Shown here one piece after another: positions 27,977 to 37,891 of a stretch of DNA of 64,000 nt. Position numbers and translations under genes: made by a program. The stretch's first letter is position 1; each line of letters opens with the position of its first letter. Below the pieces are notes generated by a model. It was not told the origin of the DNA. It searched no databases and saw only the letters and a list, made by a program, of their open reading frames with translations. Source of the stretch: Mycobacteriales bacterium. GTDB lineage: Bacteria > Actinomycetota > Actinomycetes > JAFAQI01. The DNA lies in assembly GCA_035776655.1 (NCBI GenBank), contig DASTWK010000017.1, forward strand, positions 11,940 to 75,939. Direction: 5' to 3'.

Positions 27977-28843
27977 ATGAGTCCTGCCCGCCGACGCCGC
28001 GGCGAGCAGCAGCTGATGCTCGACCTCGCTGCCCACCTGCAGGCGATCTCCGCGCCGCCGGCGTGCGCCGAGTCGTGGCGGCTGCAGACAGCGCTCGCCG
28101 TAGCCGACGGAGCGCCGATCGGTGGCGACTTCATGGTCTTCGCCCGCGACGAGGAGGGCACGCGGCTGCAGGCCGTCGTCGTGGACAGCTCCGGCAAGGG
28201 GGCTGAGGCGGCAACCCGATCGGTCATGCTCGCGGGCGCTCTCTCCGGGTTGCTGGGCGAGGTGCCGAGCGACCATCTGCTGCCGGCGGCGAACCGGCAC
28301 ATCCTCCGGATGGGGTGGGACGAGCACTTCGCGACGGCGGTGCACCTCGACCTCGACCTCGACTCCGGCGCTTATCGCATGGGTGTCGCCGGTCATCCCG
28401 CGCCGGCGCACTTCGACGCGGGGTCGGGCCGGTGGACGCCGCTACCCGCGACCGGCCCCGCGCTGGGCTTCTTCAGCGGAGCGACCTGGACCCAGCACCG
28501 CGGCCAGCTCGAGAACGGCGACGCGCTGCTCGTCGTGACCGACGGCGTGGTCGAAACGCCCGGGCAGGACCTGGACACCGGCCTCGACCGGCTGCTCGGC
28601 CAGGCCGAGCGGCTCGTGCTGACCGACTTCCAGGGCGGCGCCGAGCGGCTGCTCGCCCAGCGTCGACACATCGGGCAGGACGATGCCCAGGTGCTGCTCA
28701 TCTGCCGCCGCGCCAGCTCGTCCGTGACCGGCGCCGGCGAACAGCCGGGTGGGCGGTCCGTGACCGGGCCCTCGCTGGCGGGGTTGGTCGGCGGACTCGG
28801 ACAGCGCAAGCCGCCGTCGGAGCGGGTGAGCGAGCCGCGATGA
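27977..28843 (+). CDS. PP2C/SpoIIE (RsbU-like) protein phosphatase, catalytic domain only
   Basis: IGGDF, VVDSSGKG, AGHPAP, VVTDGVVE, QDDAQV. Confidence 0.85.
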   Translation: MSPARRRRGEQQLMLDLAAHLQAISAPPACAESWRLQTALAVADGAPIGGDFMVFARDEEGTRLQAVVVDSSGKGAEAATRSVMLAGALSGLLGEVPSDHLLPAANRHILRMGWDEHFATAVHLDLDLDSGAYRMGVAGHPAPAHFDAGSGRWTPLPATGPALGFFSGATWTQHRGQLENGDALLVVTDGVVETPGQDLDTGLDRLLGQAERLVLTDFQGGAERLLAQRRHIGQDDAQVLLICRRASSSVTGAGEQPGGRSVTGPSLAGLVGGLGQRKPPSERVSEPR

Positions 28844-29373
28844 GCAGCGACAGCCACGCCGTGCTCGGGCGCTACGACCCAGACCGGCCGCAGGGCGACT
28901 CGGAGCTCGTGACCGTGCAGCTGCTCAACTTCCCGCTGCAGTTGTTCGCCCAGTCCCGCGAGCACCACGACGAGCTCCTGCGCGAGTTCGCGCTCATCGC
29001 TCTCGACCCGCAGCCGCCGGACAGCCACCGCGCCGTCCCCGGGCGGCTCCTCGAGCTGATCGAGGTGCTCGGTCGCCAGTACGGCGGGGCCAGCGACCGG
29101 ATGGACAGCGCCCGCGAAGCGGCCGTCGAGCGGGGTGAGCTGGCGATGGACCTGAGCTATCACGTGCCGCGGTCGATCGGTGCCGCCATGACGCACCTCA
29201 ACGAGCTGATGGAAGCAGCGGACGAGTTCTGCCGCAGCGAACAGCTGCTGACGCTGGCCGCCACTCCGCTGGAGCGGGCCTTCCGGGTGTGGTTCATCGA
29301 GGAGTTCGTCCGCCAGGCGGCGGGCGCCCCGCCGCGGCCGTGGGACGGTCCGGCGACGCAGACCACCGGCTGA
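28840..29373 (+). CDS. Hypothetical cytoplasmic protein coupled to the PP2C gene
   Basis: ATGA overlap with the phosphatase gene; 177 aa helical protein (LLNFPLQLFAQSREHHDELLREF). Confidence 0.7.
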   Translation: MSSDSHAVLGRYDPDRPQGDSELVTVQLLNFPLQLFAQSREHHDELLREFALIALDPQPPDSHRAVPGRLLELIEVLGRQYGGASDRMDSAREAAVERGELAMDLSYHVPRSIGAAMTHLNELMEAADEFCRSEQLLTLAATPLERAFRVWFIEEFVRQAAGAPPRPWDGPATQTTG

Positions 29374-29599
29374 ACGCGGCGCCGGCGCGAAGCCGCCGGA
29401 GCCTGGTGGCGCGCATCCCCCGCCGGCGCTCAGCCTGCCCTCCGCCTGCCCTCCGAGTGCATCCAGCCGGCCGCCGCCGACGGCCGACGGCCGCGACCGG
29501 CTGTCGCACTCCGTCGCGGCGCGGGCGGCAGATCCGGACTAGTCGGATATGGCCACGGGAAAACGGCTCGGTCGAGGCATGGTGGCTAAGCGCTTGCTT

Positions 29600-29615
29600 T
29601 GTGAACCTGTACACA
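29600..29615 (+). promoter_or_regulatory. CRP/GlxR-like site TGTGA-N6-ACACA
   Basis: One mismatch to TGTGA-N6-TCACA, 49 nt upstream of the 29665 start. Confidence 0.5.
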
Positions 29616-29664
29616 AGCGGTTACCGCTCGGTACCCGAACCCCCTCGACTCCGGGAGAGTCCCC

Positions 29665-30309
29665 ATGCTCCGTCGTACCGTGCTGGTCGGCGTCGCGCTG
29701 GCCGTCGCGGTCGGCCTGCTCGTCGACCACGCCGGCCAGTTCGGCCAGAACATGACCAACGTCGCGCTGCTGGGCGCAGCGCTCGGGGCCGTCGCCGGCC
29801 TGGTGCCCGACGGCTCGCCGCTGACCCGCATCTTCGGCGCCCTCGCCGGGATGGTCGTGGCGCAGGTGGGATACGGCCTTCGCGCCGGGCTCCTGCCCGA
29901 CATTCCCGCCGGGCGGGCCATCGCGGCCACGGTCGTCGTCCTCGTGCTGACCGCCATCGCCGTGGCGAGCCGCAACCGGCTCCGCCTGTGGGCGCTGTTG
30001 CTGGGGGCCGGCGCGTTCGTCGGTGCCTACGAGACCGTCTACGACGCCAGCCCGACCTCGTTCGTTGCCGACTCGTTCGCCATGGCGACGGCCGTGTCCC
30101 TCGGCGCCGCTGTCGGTTTTGCGGTCGCCAGCTTCGTCAGCGCGCTGACGACACCGAAACCCACCGAGGCCGGCGAGGCCACGGGTGCTGCCTTCCCCGT
30201 CGAGCTGCCCCGCCAGCGGTCGACCTCCGTCGACGCCGCTGCGCGCACCACGTCGACCTCCGTCGACACCGCCGCCCCCACCACCACATCCGTTCGCTCG
30301 GAGGCCTGA
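29665..30309 (+). CDS. Hypothetical membrane protein (about 6 TM)
   Basis: RBS ggagag, hydrophobic ORF, Ser/Thr-rich tail with a 33-nt tandem duplication. Confidence 0.7.
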   Translation: MLRRTVLVGVALAVAVGLLVDHAGQFGQNMTNVALLGAALGAVAGLVPDGSPLTRIFGALAGMVVAQVGYGLRAGLLPDIPAGRAIAATVVVLVLTAIAVASRNRLRLWALLLGAGAFVGAYETVYDASPTSFVADSFAMATAVSLGAAVGFAVASFVSALTTPKPTEAGEATGAAFPVELPRQRSTSVDAAARTTSTSVDTAAPTTTSVRSEA

Positions 30310-30314
30310 CCCTC

Positions 30315-32882
30315 ATGTCCCTCACCCACCTCCCCACCGGCGGCGCGCTGCGTCGACGCGCGGTGATCGGCACCGCTGCACTCGGCATGACCGGGGCGGC
30401 ATCCGTCGTTGCTGTCCTGAGCGGCGGCTCGGCCGCTGCCGGCACCACGACCCCGGCGTCACGGATCGTCAACCGTGAGACCGTCCAGGTCGAGGCGTCG
30501 AGCACCGGCTCGATCCAGCACGCCCGCCTGTTCAACCAGCTCACCGTCTACGGCGACGGCACTTACCGGGTCGTCGACCCGACCGCGACGAAAGGGCTGC
30601 GCAACCTCGACGGTTTCGCGAAGCCGCAGATCGAGAACGGCCGCGCCATCTGGTCAGTGACTGCGGACGGCCGCGCCGACCGTCGTACCGTCGCCGACGT
30701 CCCGGCCGCGAAGCTGCCGGTGACCCTGCGCGCGACCTACACCCTCGACGGGCAGCCGATCGCACCCTCGGAGCTGGTCGGCAAGACGGGCACCGTGACC
30801 GCGACCTACCACGTCGCCAACCGCACCGCCACGCCCACGACCATCCGCTACAAGGACGGGCACGGCCGGCTGCACACGGAGACCGTCGATCTCGTCACCC
30901 CGTTCGTTGGTCAGCTGCAGACCGACCTGCCGTCGTCGTTCACGTCGATCCACACCGCCCGTGGTGACCTGGCCGGTGACGGTCGGGGCGGCACTGCCGC
31001 CGCGTTCACCCTGGTGCTGTTCGGCCCCATCGGCTCGCCGGCGCAGACCTTCGGCTGGACCGCGCACGTCAAGGACGCCGCCCTGCCGCCGGCGACCCTG
31101 CAGGTGCTGCCGGTGACCCCCGAGCGGCACCCGGAGCTCGAGACCGGTGAGACCGGTTACGCCGACGGCGCGGCCACCGGCACCCAGCTCACCGACGGGG
31201 CCGGGCAGATCGACAGCCATCTCCTCGAGCTGCAGGCCGGCGCGGCCAAGCTGCTCACCGGGCTGACCCAGCTGTCCACCGGAGCGCAGCAGCTCAAGGC
31301 CGGCCTCGCCGGCCGGGCCGTCCCCGGCGCGCGCCAGCTGTCCGGCGGCATCGACCAGATCAACAGCGGTGCCGCGCAGCTGCGCGACGGCGTCGGCGCC
31401 AAGCTCGGCGACGCCGGCAGGCTCGCCGCGGGCGCGGGCAAGGTCGCTGCCGGCGCCGGGCAGCTGTCCGCGGGTGCGAACGAGCTCGCGACCGGCACCG
31501 GGCGACTGGCCGGCGGCGCTCACCAGGTCGCGGGTGGCGCCGGGCTGCTGTACGCCGGGCTGCAGAACGTCAGCGGCGGTCTCAGCGCGCTCGGCGACGC
31601 CAAGGCCGGTCTGCCCGCGGCCGTCGCCGGGGCGCAGGCATTGCGGGTCGGCGTGGACGCGATCCTCGCCGGGCTCGGCGCGCCCAACCAGGACCAGACG
31701 GTCCTGGGCGGTCTGGCGCAGGTCTCCGGCGGACTGACTCGGCTCAACGACGTCACGACCGGCCTGCCGGCGGCCAAGGCCGGCATCAGCCGCATCCAGG
31801 ACGGGCTGACGTCATCGACCGCCGACGCCGGTTCCGCCATCACCGGGCTCAAGGGCGGCATCTCCGGCGCCCAGCAGCTGATCGCCGGTGCGCAGCAGGC
31901 GCTGGCCGCGACGCCCAACCCGACCGCAGACGCGCTGCTCACCCAGGCGGCGGGGGCACTCGGCCAGGTCGATGCCGGCCTCACCCAGTTCGCGACCACG
32001 CTGCAGGACAACGTGGCGCAGGCGGCCGGCGGCCTGCAGCAGGTGTCCAGCGGCATCGGCGACGCGATCGCCGGCGTCGACACCCTCGGTGCCGGCGTCG
32101 CCCGGATCACGGCCGGTGTCACGCAGGTCAAGCTCGGGCTCGCCAGCGGCTCGGCCGCCGAGCCGGGGCTCGCCGAAGGGCTGGACGCGCTGGTCGCCGG
32201 GCTCACCCGCGCGGTGACCGGGGTGGGCGCGCTGAGCGACGGCGTCGACGGCCAGGTGCTCCCCGGGATGGCGCAGCTCGCCAGCGGTGCGAGCGACTTG
32301 GCTGCCGGCAGTGACGAGGCCGCGACCGGCGCCGGCGCGCTGGCGGCCGGAGCTCACCAGGTGGCCGACGGCGCGCACCAGGTCGCCGATGGCACCGCGC
32401 AGTCCGCGGCCGGCCTCGAGGACCTGCACGGCCACCTCGGTGACCTCGCCACCGGCACCGGCCAGGAGAAGGCCGGCCTGCACCAGCTCAGCAGTGGGCT
32501 CGACACCGCGGCGACCGGCAGCGGCAAGCTCGCGTCCGGGCTGCAGCAGGCGGCCGATGGTGGCCGGCAGATCGTCTCCGGGTCCGGCCGGCTGCACCGC
32601 CAGGGCACGGCCAAGCTCGTCACCGCCGGCAACGACACGGCGAGGACGTACGCCCGGCAGTACGCGATCATGAAGGCGCTCGACGCCAAGGGCGCGCGCG
32701 GCGGCCTGCCTTACGGCGCTCCCGCGGGTGGCACCGGCAGCGCAGCGTTCGTCTACACCCTTGCGGCGGCCACCAACGCGACCAGCGAGGGCATGACCCG
32801 CGGCGGCGTCGCCCTCGTGCTGGCGATCGCCGGCGCGGTTGGCAGCGGCTTCGTCCTGCGCCGCCGGATGATCCGCGCCTGA
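30315..32882 (+). CDS. Secreted/anchored protein with X-X-X-Leu-X-X-Gly heptad repeats (YhgE/Pip-like coiled coil)
   Basis: Signal peptide, YTLDGQPIAPSELVGKTG domain, long GAxQLxxG repeats, C-terminal TM followed by RRRMIR; ATG 30315. Confidence 0.8.
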   Translation: MSLTHLPTGGALRRRAVIGTAALGMTGAASVVAVLSGGSAAAGTTTPASRIVNRETVQVEASSTGSIQHARLFNQLTVYGDGTYRVVDPTATKGLRNLDGFAKPQIENGRAIWSVTADGRADRRTVADVPAAKLPVTLRATYTLDGQPIAPSELVGKTGTVTATYHVANRTATPTTIRYKDGHGRLHTETVDLVTPFVGQLQTDLPSSFTSIHTARGDLAGDGRGGTAAAFTLVLFGPIGSPAQTFGWTAHVKDAALPPATLQVLPVTPERHPELETGETGYADGAATGTQLTDGAGQIDSHLLELQAGAAKLLTGLTQLSTGAQQLKAGLAGRAVPGARQLSGGIDQINSGAAQLRDGVGAKLGDAGRLAAGAGKVAAGAGQLSAGANELATGTGRLAGGAHQVAGGAGLLYAGLQNVSGGLSALGDAKAGLPAAVAGAQALRVGVDAILAGLGAPNQDQTVLGGLAQVSGGLTRLNDVTTGLPAAKAGISRIQDGLTSSTADAGSAITGLKGGISGAQQLIAGAQQALAATPNPTADALLTQAAGALGQVDAGLTQFATTLQDNVAQAAGGLQQVSSGIGDAIAGVDTLGAGVARITAGVTQVKLGLASGSAAEPGLAEGLDALVAGLTRAVTGVGALSDGVDGQVLPGMAQLASGASDLAAGSDEAATGAGALAAGAHQVADGAHQVADGTAQSAAGLEDLHGHLGDLATGTGQEKAGLHQLSSGLDTAATGSGKLASGLQQAADGGRQIVSGSGRLHRQGTAKLVTAGNDTARTYARQYAIMKALDAKGARGGLPYGAPAGGTGSAAFVYTLAAATNATSEGMTRGGVALVLAIAGAVGSGFVLRRRMIRA

Positions 32883-32897
32883 CCCTGCGGATGAGAG

Positions 32898-32937
32898 AAG
32901 GTGAGGCCGGCTGTGATGACGCAGCCGGCCTCACCTT
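32898..32937 (+). terminator. Intrinsic terminator-like hairpin
   Basis: Perfect 16-bp stem AAGGTGAGGCCGGCTG/CAGCCGGCCTCACCTT, 8-nt loop, right after the 32882 stop. Confidence 0.75.
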
Positions 32938-32964
32938 TCGCAGCCGCTTGATGAGGAGCCAGCC

Positions 32965-33642
32965 ATGACCCGCGCGACCCGCGAGCAGGCGAGCGCCGAG
33001 TTGGCGAAGGCAGCCGGCTGTCCCGGCATTGCGGCCCGCCTCGACCCCACGCTGCCGGACGCGGCGCGCACGCTGATCCTCGCCGGCCTCGCCTGCTTCG
33101 CCGCCGACGGCTACAACGCCACGACGACCCGCGACATCGCCACCCGCGCCGGGCTGTCACCGGCGGGCATGTACGTCCACTTCCCGTCGAAGGCCGACCT
33201 GTTGCACCGCATCGTGGTCACCGGTCACGACGCGATCCTCGAGGCGTTGAACGCGGTCGTCGCGTCCACCCCCGACCCATGCCAGCGGTTGCGCGCGCTG
33301 ATCGCCGCGTTCGCAACGCTGCTGGCCGAGAACTACTCGGCCGGGCGGGTGACGAACTACGAGTACCGCTACCTGCCCGATGGGCTGCGCGCTCCGGTCG
33401 ATCAGCAGCGCCTGCAGATCCGCGAGATCGTGCGCACTGCGATCAGCGACGGTGTGAGTGCGGGCGTCTTCGTCGCGGAGGATCCGGACGCCGCCGCTCG
33501 CGCCGTCATCTCCATGTGCGTCGACATCAGTCGGTGGTACACCGACGAGCAGACGGTGGATCCAGCAACGCTGGGGGACACCTACGGCGAGCTCGCGTTG
33601 CGGCTCGCGGGTGTCCGACCGGCACCTGAACAGGAGGCTTGA
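32965..33642 (+). CDS. TetR family transcriptional regulator
   Basis: GYNATTTRDIATRAGLSPAGMYVHFPSKADLL HTH. Confidence 0.92.
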   Translation: MTRATREQASAELAKAAGCPGIAARLDPTLPDAARTLILAGLACFAADGYNATTTRDIATRAGLSPAGMYVHFPSKADLLHRIVVTGHDAILEALNAVVASTPDPCQRLRALIAAFATLLAENYSAGRVTNYEYRYLPDGLRAPVDQQRLQIREIVRTAISDGVSAGVFVAEDPDAAARAVISMCVDISRWYTDEQTVDPATLGDTYGELALRLAGVRPAPEQEA

Positions 33643-33665
33643 CGCGGCCTGCTTCCCGGGTGGAC

Positions 33666-33680
33666 TGTAACGCCGTTACA
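33666..33680 (+). promoter_or_regulatory. Palindromic operator TGTAAC-GCC-GTTACA
   Basis: Perfect 6-bp inverted repeat 18 nt before the amidohydrolase start, downstream of a TTGACG -35-like box. Confidence 0.6.
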
Positions 33681-33698
33681 GACGTTGGGGGTGAGGCC

Positions 33699-34934
33699 GT
33701 GCAGCCCGACGACCACTACGTCGTCATCTCGGCCGACTGCCACGGCGGCGGTGACATCTACGACTACCGCCCCTATCTGCCGAAGCGCTGGCACGCGGAG
33801 TTCGACGCGTGGGCCGCGACGTACGAGATCCCTTACGAGGACATGAAGGGCCCGGAGGGTTATCGCAACTGGGACTCCAAGCGCCGACTGGTCGAGCTCG
33901 AAGACGACGGTGTCGTGGCCGAGGTCATCTACCCCAACACCGTGCCGCCGTTCTTCCCGAAGCCGTCGCTGTCCGAACAGCCACCGGCGGCAACCGCCGG
34001 TGATCTCGAGGCGCGCTGGGCCGGGCTGCAGGCGCACAACCGCTGGCTCGCCGACTTCTGCGCCGACGCGCCCGGCCGCCGCGCCGGCATCTGCCAGATC
34101 ATGTTGCACGACGTCGATGCCGCCGTGGGCGAGATCCGCTGGGCGAAGGAGGCTGGTCTCAGCGGCGGGGTGCTGCTGCCGGGCGCGCCGCCCGGCTCGG
34201 GTCTGGCTCCGCTCTACGACGCCGCCGCATACGAGCCGCTGTGGCAGGTGTGCGAGGAGCTCGAGGTCCCGGTCAACCACCACAGCGGCAGCGCAGCTCC
34301 GGCGGCGGGTGACGACGCCGAGGACAAGGTGGTCCTGCTCCTCGAGGTCACCTGGTGGGCCCACCGGGCGTTCACCCACCTGCTCGTCGCCGGTGTCTTC
34401 GAACGCCACCCCGGCCTGCAGCTCGTGCTCACCGAACAGGGCACGGCCTGGATCCCGGATGAGCTCATGCGGTTGGACTTCTTCTTCGACCGGATGCGCA
34501 GCGCCACCGGCTCGCAGGAGGTGGAGTGGGGTCTTCCGGTCGTCGAGCGGCTGGCGCTGAAGCCGTCGGAGTACTGGGCGCGGCAGTGCCATGTCGGCTC
34601 CAGCTTCATCCGCCCCGCCGAGGTGCAGCTGCGGCACCGGGTGGGCGTCGACAAGATCATGTGGGGCGTCGACTACCCGCACAAGGAAGGCAGCTTCCCG
34701 TTCTCGCGGGAGGCCCAGCGGGCTGCGTTCGCCGGCGTCGATTCGGCGGAGGTCGCGGCGATGCTCGGCGGCAACGCTGCGCGCCTCTATGGCTTCGACC
34801 TCGCGGCCCTGCAGCCGGTGGCAGACGCGGTGGGCCCGACCGTCGCTGACATCGCGGTGCCGCTGCCCGCGCAGTCGTTGCCGCCGGAGGCGGAGAAGTG
34901 CCCGGCGCTCGTCGGTTTCGGCCGACCGGCCTGA
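33699..34934 (+). CDS. Amidohydrolase-2 family protein
   Basis: YVVISADCH, PVNHHSG, EQGTAW, MWGVDYPHKEG; GTG 33699. Confidence 0.88.
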   Translation: MQPDDHYVVISADCHGGGDIYDYRPYLPKRWHAEFDAWAATYEIPYEDMKGPEGYRNWDSKRRLVELEDDGVVAEVIYPNTVPPFFPKPSLSEQPPAATAGDLEARWAGLQAHNRWLADFCADAPGRRAGICQIMLHDVDAAVGEIRWAKEAGLSGGVLLPGAPPGSGLAPLYDAAAYEPLWQVCEELEVPVNHHSGSAAPAAGDDAEDKVVLLLEVTWWAHRAFTHLLVAGVFERHPGLQLVLTEQGTAWIPDELMRLDFFFDRMRSATGSQEVEWGLPVVERLALKPSEYWARQCHVGSSFIRPAEVQLRHRVGVDKIMWGVDYPHKEGSFPFSREAQRAAFAGVDSAEVAAMLGGNAARLYGFDLAALQPVADAVGPTVADIAVPLPAQSLPPEAEKCPALVGFGRPA

Positions 34935-34948
34935 GCCCAGGAGGGGCC

Positions 34949-35731
34949 ATGACGAGGATCCGCTACGGCGCCCGCTCACTCGACGAGCTGCGCAACCGAG
35001 AGGTCGAGGCGACCTCGGTCGACACCTGGGCCACCACGCTCGTCGCCGTCTACGAGACCGACGCCGACGCGGTCGCCGCGGTGCTGCCTCCGCCGCTGTC
35101 GCCACCGGCGGAACCGTTGGTGCGCCTCACGATCGCGACCGTCGACGTCGGCCGGGGACATCCCGTCTTCGGCGCCGGGACCTTCGCCGTCCTCGCTTCG
35201 CACGAGGGTGTCGACGGTGACTACGCGCTGGTCATGCCGATGACGACCGAGCAGGCGGTCGTCGGCGGCCGAGAGACCTTCGGTGAGCCGAAGAAGCTCG
35301 CCGAGGTGAGCCTCGACCGCAGTGGTGACCAGGTGCGCGGCACGTTCACACGGATGGGAGTCACGTTCGTCGAGGTGACCGGTCGGGTCACGGGGTCGCT
35401 CGAGGCGACGCCCGACCGCATCCGCACCAGCTTCTACCTGAAGTTCCAACCGGCCCCGACGGGCAAGGGATTCGATGACGACCCAGCCCTGGTCTACGTG
35501 CGGCGCGCGGAGAAGACGCGCAGGGCCGAGCGGGTGGAGGGCGAGATCATCCTGCGTGAGTCGCGGTTCGACCCGGTCATCGATCTGCCCGTACGCGCGA
35601 TCCGCTCGATCGAGCTGGCCGAGCGCAGCAGCATCCAGACCGGTGAGGTCGTGAGCCGCGTGCCCGCCGACTGGATCGCGCCGTTCCTGCACCAGCGCTA
35701 CGACGACCTGTCGCCGGCCGGCTCCGACTGA
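34949..35731 (+). CDS. Acetoacetate decarboxylase family protein
   Basis: GGRETFGEPKKL containing the Schiff-base Lys; RBS aggagg before ATG 34949. Confidence 0.85.
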   Translation: MTRIRYGARSLDELRNREVEATSVDTWATTLVAVYETDADAVAAVLPPPLSPPAEPLVRLTIATVDVGRGHPVFGAGTFAVLASHEGVDGDYALVMPMTTEQAVVGGRETFGEPKKLAEVSLDRSGDQVRGTFTRMGVTFVEVTGRVTGSLEATPDRIRTSFYLKFQPAPTGKGFDDDPALVYVRRAEKTRRAERVEGEIILRESRFDPVIDLPVRAIRSIELAERSSIQTGEVVSRVPADWIAPFLHQRYDDLSPAGSD

Positions 35732-36612
35732 TGCGGCGACTCGAGCGCCGGGTGGCGGTCGTCACCGGTGGGGCCGGTGGCATCGGCCGAGCGATGGGTG
35801 TCGCGTTCGCGCGAGCCGGCATGCACGTGGTGCTCGCCGATGTCGTTCCCGAGCGACTCACCGCGGTGGTCGACGACCTGCGTGGGGACGGACTCGACGT
35901 GATCGGCGTGCCGACCGACGTCACCGACTATGCCTCGGTGGAGGCACTGCGGGACGCCGCGGTCGCGACGTACGGCGCGGTGCACGTCGTCTGCAACAAC
36001 GCCGGCATCGGCGCGGGCGCCGAAGGCCGGCAGTGGGAGCACGACCTGCGCGACTGGGAGTGGGCGTTCGCCGTCAACGTCTGGGGCGTCATCCACGGCA
36101 TCAACGCGTTCGTGCCGACACTCCTCGCGCAGGACGACGAAGGGCACATCGTCAACACGTCGTCGGGCAATGGTGGGGTGTCACCGCTGCCGAGCACGCC
36201 GCAGTACGCCGCCACCAAGGCCGCCGTCGTCACGATCACCGAATGCCTGTACGCGCAGCTGCAGGAGGTCAGTGACAAGGTCAGCGCATCCGTGCTGTTC
36301 CCCGGGCCACACATGCTGCGCACCGGGTTGTTCGAGTCGTGGCGCACCCGGCCGGACCGGTTCGCCAAGCAGCGCCCGCGGCGCACGCCCTACACCACCG
36401 TGGAACAGCTCGAGGAGCAGATGCGCGCGGCCGGCGTCGAGCCGGAGTACACGGACCCGAGCGAGGTCGCCGACCAGGTCGTGGACGCGTTGCGCACCCG
36501 GACCTTCTGGATCCAGCCGGCCAGCGACCGGATCGACGACATGATCCGGGCGCGGGCGGAGTCGATGCTCAAGCGGGAGAACCCGGCCTATCTGCGGGCC
36601 GTCCCGGGCTGA
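35731..36612 (+). CDS. Short-chain dehydrogenase/reductase
   Basis: VTGGAGGIG, CNNAG, YAATK. Confidence 0.92.
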   Translation: MRRLERRVAVVTGGAGGIGRAMGVAFARAGMHVVLADVVPERLTAVVDDLRGDGLDVIGVPTDVTDYASVEALRDAAVATYGAVHVVCNNAGIGAGAEGRQWEHDLRDWEWAFAVNVWGVIHGINAFVPTLLAQDDEGHIVNTSSGNGGVSPLPSTPQYAATKAAVVTITECLYAQLQEVSDKVSASVLFPGPHMLRTGLFESWRTRPDRFAKQRPRRTPYTTVEQLEEQMRAAGVEPEYTDPSEVADQVVDALRTRTFWIQPASDRIDDMIRARAESMLKRENPAYLRAVPG

Positions 36613-36622
36613 GAGGGGAAGC

Positions 36623-37891
36623 ATGAACGAGCCTTACGTCGTCATCTCGGCCGACAGTCACGCCGGACTGCCCACCGAGCTCTACCGGGACTACCTCGAG
36701 CGCAAGTACTGGCCGCAGTTCGACGACTTCCTGCGCGAGCGGGACGCATTCGTCGAGGAGATCCACCAGATGGGCACCTCGGACCGCGCATTCGCGAAGA
36801 AGTGGTTCGAGGAGAACGAGGAGGGGCTGCAGGGCGGCTGGGACGCCGAACGGCGCAACAAGGAGATGGACAACGACGGCATCACCGCCGAGGTCATCTA
36901 TCCCGACGCCGATGCGGTCGAGAGCCGGACCTGCGCGCCGTTCGGCACCGGGCTCGGGCTGTCCGGCGACCTCGATCCAGAGCTCGGGCTGGCCGGGTCC
37001 CGCGCCCATAACCGCTGGCTCGCGGAACTGTGCGCCGACAGCCCTGAACGCCGCTGCGGTGTCGCGCTCGTGCAGATCACCGCACCGCTGGACGACGTGC
37101 TCGCAGAGATCCGCCGGGCGAAGGCTTCTGGACTCGGTGCCGTGATGATCCCGGCGATGTGGATGCACCAGGAGCCCTATCACTCGCGGCGCTACGACCC
37201 CGTGTGGCAGCTGTGCGAGGAGCTGCAGCTGCCGGTCGTCACCCACTCCGGGCCCGCGGACAAGGAGGCCTACGACAACCATCTCGGCATCTACGTGACC
37301 GAAGTCGTGTGGTGGCCGGCTCGGCCGCTGTGGTTCATGCTGTGGTCCGGCGTCTTCGAGCGCTTCCCGGGGCTGCGTTTCGGCGTGACGGAGGCCGGCT
37401 GCTGGTGGGTGCCCGGTCTGCTGTGGTTCTGGGACCGGTTGTTCCTCGGGCAGAAGGGCGCCGAGAAGCTCGCCTCGCTCGGCATCACGATGCAACCGAG
37501 CGAACAGTTCGACCGCAACTGCTTCATAGGCTCGTCCAACACCAAGCGGCGCGAGATCGGCATGCGCTACGAGATCGGGTTGGACAACATGCTGTGGGGC
37601 AACGACTTCCCGCACCCCGAGGGGACCTGGCCGCACTCACGTGAGTGGCTGAAGAAGACCTACCACGACGTGCCGATCGCCGAGACCCGGCGCATGGTCG
37701 GCGCCGCCGCCGCGGAAGTGTTCGGGTTCGACCTCGAGGCGCTGCGGCCGATCGCCGAGCGGGTCAACATCACGCCGGCCGACCTCGGACAGACCGACGA
37801 CGCGGCCGCCGTCGAACGCTGGCGCGGCCATCGTGAGGTGGGGCGGCACTGGCTGACGGGCCACGACTTCCCGCTGGCGCCGGTCGGGTGA
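36623..37891 (+). CDS. Amidohydrolase-2 family protein (paralog of 33699)
   Basis: YVVISADSH, PVVTHSG, WGNDFPHPEG. Confidence 0.88.
   Translation: MNEPYVVISADSHAGLPTELYRDYLERKYWPQFDDFLRERDAFVEEIHQMGTSDRAFAKKWFEENEEGLQGGWDAERRNKEMDNDGITAEVIYPDADAVESRTCAPFGTGLGLSGDLDPELGLAGSRAHNRWLAELCADSPERRCGVALVQITAPLDDVLAEIRRAKASGLGAVMIPAMWMHQEPYHSRRYDPVWQLCEELQLPVVTHSGPADKEAYDNHLGIYVTEVVWWPARPLWFMLWSGVFERFPGLRFGVTEAGCWWVPGLLWFWDRLFLGQKGAEKLASLGITMQPSEQFDRNCFIGSSNTKRREIGMRYEIGLDNMLWGNDFPHPEGTWPHSREWLKKTYHDVPIAETRRMVGAAAAEVFGFDLEALRPIAERVNITPADLGQTDDAAAVERWRGHREVGRHWLTGHDFPLAPVG

Noticed and set aside
30219-30284. 33-nt tandem duplication (GTCGACCTCCGTCGAC...), with a similar palindromic motif at 53407-53427
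   Set aside because: Two copies inside a low-complexity protein tail, and a short hairpin between convergent genes; no spacers or cas genes, so not CRISPR or a REP family.
31150-32640. Repetitive DNA in the heptad-repeat gene
   Set aside because: Degenerate protein-level repeats (GAxQL/VAxG), not a DNA repeat array or mobile element.
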